Positions 53,368 to 64,000 of a stretch of DNA of 64,000 bases are shown piece by piece. The position numbers were made by a program, and so were the translations under genes. The notes beneath the pieces were generated by a model. The model made no database searches and was not told the origin of the DNA. It saw only the letters and a program-made list of their open reading frames with translations. Position 1 is the first letter of the stretch. Each line of letters opens with the position of its first letter. This stretch comes from Salpingoeca rosetta. Lineage: Eukaryota > Protista > Choanoflagellata. The stretch is taken from positions 62,001 through 126,000 of the forward strand of contig JAWQFM010000012.1 in NCBI GenBank assembly GCA_033442325.1, in the 5' to 3' direction.

Positions 53368-53645
53368 TCGTGAAGGGGCTCCACTAAGGTCAAATGAAGC
53401 TTGTGTCAGTTACATGTGGTCTTTTCCTCTTCTATCCTCACCGCAGTCACTTCAGGAGAATGTCGCTCCTAACTGACTGTTTTATCTAGTGATCTTGCCG
53501 TAGCTATGGCCAATACATGTGGGTACTCCTTTACCCCTTATTCTAAGTGAGTGGGCCAGTGCGCAGTGACAGTAACAGTGTGAGTGTGTGTGTATGTCGT
53601 GAAAACCGTTCCTGTGCCGAGTGAGAGCGTTAGAAAGTCTTGTGT

Positions 53646-53722
<77 letters not shown>

Positions 53723-53730
53723 GATCGCAC

Positions 53731-55897
53731 CATCGCACGTTGATGGCGTCTGCGCCAATCAAGGACTGGTCCGCCATCGCAACCTAAGGGGGGAGCATCA
53801 ATCAGGACACATGCCGTGAGCCGCGCAACACACACGATCAGGTATCTTGTTCATGTCCCCACACACTCACAATGTATACACACACACACTCACAATACAC
53901 ACACACACACACACATACACAAATGCGCACAAAATGCACACTTTGGCGAATTCTGCTTGCGAGCGGAGCTTGTAGCGAACAAACGCATATGCGCGCTCGG
54001 GGTAGCAGCCGACTGTTGCAAACAGAGCACACGTACACCAGACATAAGATAGCGGCGTGAACCAACGCCAATATCAACGACCTGTGGCCCGTATCAAGGA
54101 AAAGCGCGTGATCATGTCCACCAGCACACACACACACACACGCACACACGCACGCACCGTGCTCGAGTTCTCCCCACTCGCCAAACTGGCGCCTGATCTC
54201 CTTCTACACACGCACACAGTTGTTGTGTGTGAGCAACATTCACTGTCACAATGGAAGGGCAGCAGCACGTGCCCGTGGGTGGTGTTCGAGATGCAGTCCC
54301 CACATGCTCACCTCGATGTTCTTGGCGGAGGGAACGCCGCCGACGAAGAGCGTGCGCTGCGTCTCATCGTCACTGCAGCACGTAGGCACACACAAGTGGC
54401 AATGGGCACGTGGCATCATGTGAGCGGAAGGCGCCAAACACGGCGCACGTGCCATGGGGCGATGCAAAGTACCCAGGGGGAGGTGACCCTTGGCTTCTCC
54501 GGCGTTTGTCACGTGTGTGTCAGCCGATATCAGTGCACCTTGTGAAGCAGCCGACGCCGCCCTGATCCTCACGCTGGTCGGCAAACCGCTCTCGCCCAAA
54601 GCAGTCGCGCACACGGTCCAGCTCCTGCGCCACACGAGAGGCCGCCGGGTTGAACGCGTGAGGCGTGGGGCGTTGAAGGTGAAGAAAGCCCACGACGAAA
54701 GCAAGCAACCCATGACGGTGGTTGTGTGTGTGTGTGGGGGGGGGGGAGATGACCCACAGCAGTGGCTACACCGACATGATCCAACTGAAAATGAACGGTC
54801 AAGACTCAAAGCACTCCAAGTAGTATGCGACTCACCCGGTCAAACTGCGCATCAGGAAGATCGTGCAAGTATGTACAGCTGCAAGCATGTCACAAAGACC
54901 AACGCAAGGCGGGTGAGAGCAGGCACAGAGTGACAAGGAACGGAAGACAGATGGAGTACAACCGCTGCCAATCATGACTGTTTCGCGTGCAGTCGCATCA
55001 AGCGTACTTTGCGCCGAGGGGACAGCATCCTTTGGCAAACTTGTAGCAGATGAAAGCGCCAGAAGCCTGGCGCGCCTTTGTGTACCCAGCGTCCTTGACC
55101 AGAGAGCTGTGCAACAGCGTGCAGGTGTGGTGAGGGAGTGAGTGAGTGAGTGAGTGAATGAGTGAGTGTGTGAGTGAGTGTGTGAGTGAGTGAGTGAGTG
55201 AGTGAGTGAGTGAGTGAGTGAGTGAGTGAGTGAGTGAGTGAGTGAGTGAGTGAGCGAGTGAGTGAGTGAGTGAGTGAGTGAGTGAGTGTGTGTGTGTGAG
55301 AGTGTGTGAGTGAGTGAGTGAGTGAGTGAGTGAGTGAGTGAGTGAGGAATGGAGGGAGGGAGGGAGTGAGTGAGTGAGTAAGTGTGTGTGTAAGTGTGTG
55401 TGTAAGTGCGTGTGTTTGTGTAAGTGCGTGTGTGTGTAAGTGCGTGTGTGTGTAAGTGCGTGCAGCGGTCACTGTACATGCACAGCAACGACGTCGATTG
55501 CAAAACGACGCGCAAGTGCAGCCAGCGTAGCTCATCAACGCTTACCATCTGGTGGTTGCTGGTCCTGGTTTGCTGAATACCCCATGCAGATGCGTCCAAC
55601 CAAGAGCAAACCGTGAGCACACGTCCACGGCACACCACAACGCACCAAAGCACACACACACAACAACCCCACCACCCCTCCCCTGACCAACCCCACCACA
55701 ACACCATACCTCTGCCGTTCGCCGACGCGCTTGTGGTACCAGATGTTGTATGTGGAGCCGTCCACTGGCGTGGATGACGATCCCCCACCCCTCACTGGAC
55801 CTCGCTTTGCACCACCACCAACCTGCTTCCGTGCAGGTCGCTGCCTCCACGCAGCCTGCGCTTTCGCAGCCAGTGCGCCGCCGTGGTCGTCCGCCAT
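53731..55897 (-). CDS. CWC2: Pre-mRNA splicing factor Cwc2/Cwf2 (Torus/CCCH zinc finger plus RRM); 3'-partial, about 9 visible exons
   Basis: RPARKQV...YNIWYHK, KDAGYTKA...ICYKFAKGCCPLGANCTYLH, DCFGRERFADQREDQGGVG, RTLFVGG, FGEWGELE, AFVRYKLRSQAEFAKVAMADQSL...INVRW. Confidence 0.9.
55137..55345. repeat. (TGAG)n/(CTCA)n tetranucleotide microsatellite in a CWC2 intron
   Basis: Long tandem TGAG run. Confidence 0.9.
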
Positions 55898-56085
55898 GAT
55901 CCCACTACAGTTTATGCTGTCGCTTTGTTTTCCGGCTGACGTGGCTGCTTCGTTCGTTCGTTTGTTTGGATTTTGTTGTTGTCGCACCATTCACATCAAC
56001 CAACCATTGCGACAAGAAGCAACCGCCATCCAACCATCCAACCAACAACCAACCAACCATCCTTCCATCCATCCATCCATCATCG

Positions 56086-56119
<34 letters not shown>

Positions 56120-56200
56120 ATCCGACCTCGCCTTGTCTCCTGCTTTCTGGCTCCCTGAACAACAACGCCTTCTTTTGCTTCTTCTTTTTACATGCAGACC

Positions 56201-58606
56201 ATGGTGGTGGTGATCAAGACGGCCAATGCGCCCCAGGACGTGCGGGATGTCCGCGTCCAATGTGACACCAATGACACGGTTGCCGCGCTCAAGACCAAAA
56301 TCACCTCATGCCATCCGCTCAAGCCCGTGAGTCTGCATGCATGCATGACAGGCCCTGCCAGGCTGGTGCCTCGCTTCCCTTTGCTCTGTTGCTTTGCTTT
56401 CTGACTTTGATCTGTATCCACATGCATTCGCATGTGTCATGTCATGCAACTCACCCACGCTCCATGTGACACACCCCACCACACACGTCCCTCCTTCTCC
56501 TCTTCCCTCCCCCTTCTCGTCCCCTCCTCACACACAGGCCACCACGGATCAGCGATTGATTTTCAAGGGCGTGTGCTTGCAGGACGCACAAGTGCTGCGC
56601 GACGTGCTCGGCGGCAGCGTACGTTCGCCAGTTGTGGTGCATTGCACCTGATGATCGCATGCAACGCACACACGCCACACATCATGTCGACGCAGTTCAC
56701 ACACACGCACACGCGCTACACATCATGTCGACGCAGTTCACACACGCACGCACATGCACGCACACGCACACACACGCACGCACACACACGCACACACACG
56801 CACACACACGCACACGCCCACGCACGCACATGCACACGCACACACACACATGCACACACACATACACATGCACACGCACACGCACACGCACACACACCCT
56901 TTGCCAATCTCCGACTCAAACACACATTCACACAAAACCCTCCTCAAACTCAGCGTCCCTCCCTTACGCTCACCCTTACGCTCACCCCTCTCTCCCTTGT
57001 CTCTGCTCTGCCCAACAGGAGGATGCCGTGGTGCACCTGGCGCTCCGTGGCCGCAGCTGTGCATCGCCGGGCGCAACCGCAAACGCCACTTCAGCGTCTA
57101 CAAGCGTGTCTGCACACTCACTTCGCCAGCGGCGTCATCGCCCAACCACACACAACCAACATCACAACCAACACCAGCATCAACACCAGCACCAGCAGTA
57201 CCCGTCGTATGCGTGGTGGTCTGCGTCGCCCGCAACTGTGCCTGCTCCGCAAGGTGTCACTAACGCACACGACGTAGCGGCGTGGCAGCACTACATGGCG
57301 TGGTACCAACAGTACTATGCAGCCTACGCACAGAGCTTCATGCACGCCCACCACGTCCACCCCAGCAACAGCCACAGTCACCTGGGCGCATTTCTGCCAC
57401 CGTACAGACAGCAACTGCAGCAGGACCACGCAGCTGCGCACGCTGCCGTTGGCACCACAGCGCCGAACAACGAGCATAATCCCACACGTGCAGGTGATAC
57501 ACGCACAGACAACGCACGTGCCAATGGCGACGGTGGCGGCGATGGCGCCCGTGTTGGCCGCTTTGCACAGGCCGGTGTTGGCGCAGTGCGCATTCCTGAT
57601 GACGACGCTGCGGTGAACAACGACAACCAGCAGCCCCAAGCCCCCGCCCCAGCCGCTGCTGCTGGTCTTGGTAATGACAACAACAACAACAACGACAATG
57701 CTGCTGGTGCTGGTGCTGGTGCTGGTGTCGCCAACGGCATCAACAACGGCGTAAACGCAGCACAGGCGCCCCCAGGTGGCGGGCTTGGCGGCGTGCTGTG
57801 GTGGGTGATCAAGGCTGTTGTTCTTCTTGTGCTCATCGGTGGACACGACAACATGCGCCGCCTCTACATCCTCGCCACCATGATTGGCATCGCCATCCTG
57901 TAAGCGGTTTGACCCGATTGCGTTGCTTTGAGTGGTGTGTGCGTGTGTACGTGTGCATGTGTCATGTCGCTGTGTGCATGTGTGCATGTGTCATGTCGCT
58001 GTGTGTGCAGGTGTGTGTGTGTGCTTTGCCACACGTCCACACTCTCTCCTCGCTCCCTGACGCCCCCCCTTTCTTTTCACTCATCCGCCCCCTCCTCCAC
58101 TTTACAGGCAACAACTCGGCGCGTTCCAGGCGTTGGCCAACTGGCTGGTGCGGCTGCAGGCCCAGCAGAACGACGGCGCGCACATCGGCAACGACGCCAT
58201 CGAAGGCGAAGACGACGAACAACAAGACAACGAACAACAAGACGACGAACGAGAAGACGAACACGATGCGAATGGTGGCGATGACAACACCACGCCCCAG
58301 CGGCGCCGCCGCCGCCTCCCACGCAACGCAGCTGTCAACGCGAACCGGCGGTCGCTGATGGGAGACATTGGTGCCATTGTGCTCACGTTCTTCACGTCCA
58401 TGCTTCCCCTGGAGATGGCACAGCAGAACCTGCGCATCCAGCAGCAGCAGCAACGACAACAACAACAACAGCAACAGCAGCAGCAGAGGAGGAGGAGGCG
58501 AAGGAGGAACGCCGACAACGAAGGCGGTGATGGTGGCAATGACGATAACAATGCTCCACAACAACAACAACAACAGCAGCAGCAGCAGCAGGCTGTTGTG
58601 ATGTGA
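56201..58606 (+). CDS. HERPUD/Herp-like ER membrane protein with an N-terminal ubiquitin-like domain; 4 exons
   Basis: [42 protein letters not shown]...VVHLA; Tyr/Gln-rich middle; TM hairpin [32 protein letters not shown]; C-terminal [11 protein letters not shown]. Confidence 0.75.
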
Positions 58607-58999
58607 GCGTTCATTGTGCAAAGGACAGGATACAAGCAAGTACGGCCATGTGATTACATTACAAAACCGCTGGGATTTGTGTTGTTCAGACTGACCTCCC
58701 CCCCCCCCGCCCTCATCTCCCCCCTGTAGACACAACGCGTGATTGATACTTCCCTGCGCTGCGCTTTCCACTTCCTTTTTCATCTCATTTAATGTCCCTT
58801 TGTGGCGAGTCAATTAAAGCGTCTAGCAAGCAAGTAACAACGACAAGAACACGGCAGTTGGGCAGGTAACTGGGCCAAGTGATATCATGAACTGACAGAG
58901 GGAGAAGAGAAGAGAAGAGAAGAGGGAGACACGGAAGGAGGGGGGGAGGAGAGAGGAGAGACAAGTGAGAGAAGTGGAGGAGATTGAAAGAGACAAAGG

Positions 59000-59030
<31 letters not shown>

Positions 59031-59035
59031 CACAT

Positions 59036-59366
59036 CTATTCGGGAATAAACTTGTGTGCGAGCCCCCTGACAATGGCGTGGGCGTGTTGGGGTTTGCAGC
59101 CAACACGAGCGACAATCTCTCGTGCGTCCATGGCCAAGATGTCATCCCATGACGGCGCCAGCACAGCCAGCATGCTGGCAGTCAGCCACCCGCACCCAGA
59201 CACAAGCTCAAGCACCTGTGATAACTACACACCAGATCCAACACACACACACACACACACATACACACATTCATCAGCGGACGTGAGTCAATACACGCTG
59301 ACGATGCTCAACGACACAGGTGTTAACACACAAGTACACACACACACACACACAAGAACACACAAG

Positions 59367-59437
<71 letters not shown>

Positions 59438-62400
59438 ACACACAAGTAAACCCCCCCCCCAACACACAAAGAGCACATGCCAACCTGCTGGGTGTGGGAG
59501 TGTGCGCAGGCGTCTGCAAACGTGCGCGTGAGGGCGAGACCTTTACCGAGTTCGCCCTGCATGAGCTGCGTCACAAACGCGGCCGTGTCTGAAGGCGACA
59601 GCGACGTGATGACAATTGCCCGCACGTGTGTCAGCTGGGCCAGGTGGTGGTGGTACGCCTTGTGCGCTTCATAGCGGTGGCGGACGGGCAGCTGTGCGCA
59701 TGGTGGCATGTGTGAGCAAAGGCGAAGAAACGCAAACTTGGACGCAGAAGCACCAAACCACACAAAGAAAGCTGCTGTGTACCAATACACACACACCCAC
59801 ACACCCACCCACACACAATGCACGCAACCCCTTCCCTCCCCCTCCCAAATACCACCGTCGCCTCACCTCTTCGTGTGCACCCTTCTGGCGATGCCGGCCC
59901 TTGGCGGCGTTCTTGTCGCGTTGGTACTCGACAATCACGTAGAAGCGGTCGTACGCAGCCACGCTGGCAAGTACCAAATCACGCAGGGCAGGCCTGCTGC
60001 TCCAGCCGATTACGTCAGCCTGGGCCAGGCGGAGCACAGCCATGCGCGTGCTCAGCACAAACGACGGCGACCTCGCATCCATCGCAACAACGCACGTGTC
60101 GAGGTGGTGGTGGTCGCGCAGGTGCGAAATCACCTCGCCATTTGACTGTAGTTGCCGCGTGTTGATGAAGACACACGCCCCCTCCTGCACCGCCGTCACC
60201 AGCCCGCGCTGCTCGAGGTCTCGGCGCAACGCAGGAGCCATGCCAGGCCGCTTCGTATCCTTCTTCTGTTGCTGTACGTGTTGCTGTACGTGTTGCTGTA
60301 CGTGTTGCTGGTGCTGTACGTGGTCATCTGCCTCCTGCTTGACACGTGCGGCACCACCATCACCTCCATCACCTTCCTCTCCATCACCTGCACCACCACC
60401 TCCACCTGCACCTCCATCACCACCACCACCACCACCGCTGCCACCGCTGCCACCTTCACCACCTCCACCACCTCGCTGGGATCGGGCCCGCGTGCGCAAG
60501 TTGAGGGCACGGCGCGGTCGTTTCGACGGCGACGATAATGACGATAATGACGATGATGACGATAATGACGATGATGACGATGATGGCACCACGCAGGATG
60601 TTGAAGCAGCCGTAGTCAATACGACCGTCGTTGCTCCACGCTTCGCGGTCGCTGTCCCACGCTTCGCGGTTGCCGAAGACGGCACCGCTGGTGCATCCGT
60701 GTGCATTCCTCTTCCAGTAAACTTGAGGGACTGCAGCATGGCGTCCACGTTCACATCACCACCATCACCCCCATCACCACCATCGCCACCACCATCACCT
60801 CCGTGCTCATTGTTACCCTCGGCAACTGTTTCCAGACCGATACGCATGCCTTTCCTTTCATCCCGCTTTGCCCGCTTTCTCACCTGCCCATCCCCATCAC
60901 CGCGCGCGCTGGTGTGGTCTGCCTTCTTCCCCGCCCTCGCCACTGTTGCCACTGTTGCCGTTGTTACTGCCGTTCCCAATCTGCCCACGCCATCATCATC
61001 AGCATCATCAGCATCCTTGCAAGCCTCCTTCAGCCGCGTCTGTACTGCTGCTGCTCCTGCATGCCTATTTCCCCGATCACTCACACCATCCCCACCATCC
61101 ACCGCCTCCTCACCACCCCCACCACCACCCCCACCACCACCCCCACCACCACGTCTATCATCATCATCAGCGTCAGCTTCGCCGGTTGCCCGGGCCACAC
61201 CCTCCACTTCCTCCGCCGCGCCCCACAGCAGCGCGTCCTCCTCCTCTTCGTCGGCGTGCACGATAAACCCGTCTCCTTCGTCGTAGCTGTCGAGGTCGGC
61301 ATCGCCGTCACCTGCAGTGCACACCACCTCGTCTTCATCTCCAAAGAAGGTGCCCACAAACGCGCTCCCATCCTCCCCTTCACCATCACCATCGTCGCCA
61401 TCACCATCATCGCCACCACCAGCACTGCGATTGCGCAGGCCACGAGCAGTGCCACGACCACCGCCTTCAAGGGCATCTGCCAGTGCCATGTATCGCTGCA
61501 GGTTTGGCATTGGCCCCACCCGGCTCAGCCGCATGTTCCCGCACACCTGGGACAACAGCCCGCGCCTCGACCCGCCACGCACTGCTCCTCGCTGACCACG
61601 CGGCACGTGCCTGCTGGGTCCCCCCACCGATGGCGACACGAGCGACTGGCGATAGATGGCAGCCATGCCCTGGGTTGTTGGTGGCGTGGCAGGGTTGCTG
61701 CTGCGACGGCGCCGGCGGTGGCGCGTGCTTGTTTCGCCGGGGGTGAGCTGCTGTGATGAGGACGCATCATCAATGAAACTGTCCTGTGAATCGTACTTGT
61801 TCACGTCAATCATGCCTTCCTCCTCATCGTCATCATCATAATCTTCGTCATCATATTCTTCACCATGTTGTTCTTCATCGTCGCCATCATCTTTGCTGCC
61901 CTTACGACTGTTTCTCTTCACCTTCCATCCTGGACTCTCAAAGTCATCATCATCCTCGTCATCCTCGTCATCGTCAGCACCACCGCCTTTCGATTCCCTC
62001 GTCTGTTTGTTCTTCTTCTTCTTCATCTTCATCATCTGCTTCTTCTGCTTCTTGTCCCTCGTCCGCCTGCGCCGTTGCCTCTCCTGCTCCATCAGCGCCG
62101 CCACCTCATCATCATCGTCGTCGTCCCCCTCCTCCGCTTCGTCGTCCAGCCAGTACCGCGCAGCGCCGCGACTGTTGCTGCTGCTGCGGGTTGATACACG
62201 CATCCGTCGCCTGCTCTTCCCACTGTTACCTGTGCTACCACCACCATCACCATCACCACCACCAACATGACGCCGGCGTCGTGCCTTGTGGTCGTTTGTC
62301 GAAGCCAACACTGCGGTCTTCTTCTTCTTGTCCGCGTTTCCATTGCTCGTGCGAGATGCCCGAATCACGACATTTGCCAATTTCTCGGGTGAGCTGTCCT

Positions 62401-64000
62401 CATCCGTGTCATGTGCTGCTGCCACCACCACCCTCCGACGGCCTTGCTGCTGCCGGTGCTGTGACTGTGGAGACTGGCTCAACCCGTTCTGCTGTCGCTG
62501 CTGTCGCTGCTGTCGCTGCTGTCGCTGCGTTCCACGACCGTTGTTCGCAGCCGGGGACTGCGATGGTGATTGCGAGTCGTGCAGGAACATGGCGCGCTGG
62601 CGCTGCGCTGGGCGAAGCACGACAGGGGACGGCGTCGTGGCTGCAGAGGCCGTGGCGACAGGCGTGGAGGGCGTGTTGTGATTGTTGTGACTGTTGTCGT
62701 TCATCTCAGCGTTTGTGAGTGGTACGCCCGTTGTTATCGCTGCTGCTGTGCCGGGTTCAAGCCCAACACCAACCTCGTTGCCGTTGTTGCAGAGCTGCTC
62801 CACATTGTCAACCTCAGCAGCAAGTAAAGCGTCATCATCCCCAGCACCAGCAGCAGCTGCATCATCATCATCATCATTGTCATCGTCATCATCATCCAGG
62901 AGCGCGTGTGCCCGGAATGTGGAGCTCGGCTCTGGCGTTCCTTCAAAACCAGCGTTGCCGTCACCATCTTCATCACCTCCGCCACCATCACCACCACTGC
63001 CCTCCTCCTCATCGCTGGTGTCTGTGCCGGCTGCAAGGGCAGCGGCAATAGCAGCCTGTGCCTCTGCTTCATCATCGTCAACAGCAACCGCCACATCTTC
63101 CTTCACATCATCATCATCATCATCATCATCATTCATGCCCACAGCCGCACTGGGGTGATGAAGGATGGTGGTCATCGTGGTCGTGCCTTGATCAAGCACA
63201 GCCACGCTGGTGGTGGTTTCACTCATGTTGCCAGCACGAGGGCTGTCTGCAAACTGCTGGCTCGTCTCCAACCCACGTTGTTTCTTCTCATCATCACCAT
63301 CACCACTACCACCACCATGATCACCATCATCATAATCATCATCATCATCATCATCATGGTCATCGTCGGTGTCGTCCAGGAGATCCCGAATGCCCATTGC
63401 AATCTCTTGCTGCTCAATTTGATTCAAAATCGCCGCATCTGCGAAGAACGAGTCATCATCGTCATCGTCATCGTCATCATCATGAGCGGTGGTGTGAGGC
63501 AATGGCTGCCCAGTTCCTGTTGCTGTTGTTGCTGCATGAATAGCTGCTGTTGATGGTGGCGATGGATGGACGGCTGCTGTTGGTGCTGTTTGATCATCGA
63601 CATGTGCAGAGATGCCATCGTGTACACTCACGCATTCACTCGCCCCTTCCCCACCATCACCACCATCACCACCTGCACTGTTGTAGCTGTCATCGTCGTC
63701 ACTGTCGGACGCCATCAGCAGCGCCTCCAAGTGGGGCTTCATGGACACAACAGTCTGTGACCTGTTGTCACCATCATCCTCCTCCTCCCCCTCATGCTGA
63801 CCACCATCATCATCAAGTGGGATGCCACCAGTCACCTCTGCAGTTGCCGCGTCTGCACCACCCTTGCTTGCGGCGTCCAACTCTTGTTCTCGCTCGCTGT
63901 CATTCTCCTCATCAGTGTCGAGAAGCGACAACAACTGCAAATCAGATGCGCCTTCCAGCCCAAGCGCACTCAGCGCTTGTTGTTGTTGTTGTTGTTGTTG
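59036..64000 (-). CDS. FANCM: FANCM-like protein, 3' part (acidic disordered region with MM3-like motifs, degenerate ERCC4 domain, HhH); exons >64000-~59866, ~59680-59485, 59215-59036
   Basis: ARYWLDDEAEEG, YDSQDSFIDD, MAAIYRQSLVSP; ERCC4-like CVFINTRQLQSNGEVISHLR...FVLSTRMAVLR...YDRFYVIVEYQRDK; HhH-like last exon ending KFIPE-TAG. Confidence 0.85.

Noticed and set aside
53368-53640. Unique AT-richer sequence after the large gap
   Set aside because: No credible ORF or motif; likely a low-quality contig edge

Overview
Gene-dense, intron-rich eukaryotic scaffold with four N-gaps. The (GT)n/(CA)n-packed short GT-AG introns, holozoan-like proteins and compact intergenic spacers are typical of a choanoflagellate (Salpingoeca-like; inferred). 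Most ORFs in the supplied track are microsatellite artefacts. Reconstructed spliced genes, in order: WDR34/DYNC2I2 (5'-partial), an Rh-type ammonium/CO2 channel, a GIY-YIG protein resembling plant EFFECTOR OF TRANSCRIPTION (ET) proteins, MRPL40, Chibby, RPL37, RPL5, RFT1, UDP-glucose pyrophosphorylase, DDX51/Dbp6, ANKRD27/VARP, pyruvate carboxylase, a frameshifted intronless secreted 7-bladed beta-propeller, fungal-type Cwc2, a HERPUD-like UBL membrane protein and the 3' part of FANCM. Most notable observations: a tandem ET-type GIY-YIG protein (one degenerate plus one apparently intact domain) with an in-frame TAA; a near-identical 20-bp palindromic motif shared by two head-to-head promoters; a polarised (GU)n...(AC)n intron architecture; a duplicated VARP exon with a dead donor; and a structured, repeat-free RPL37 intron. 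All family assignments come from remembered motifs, not from database searches.
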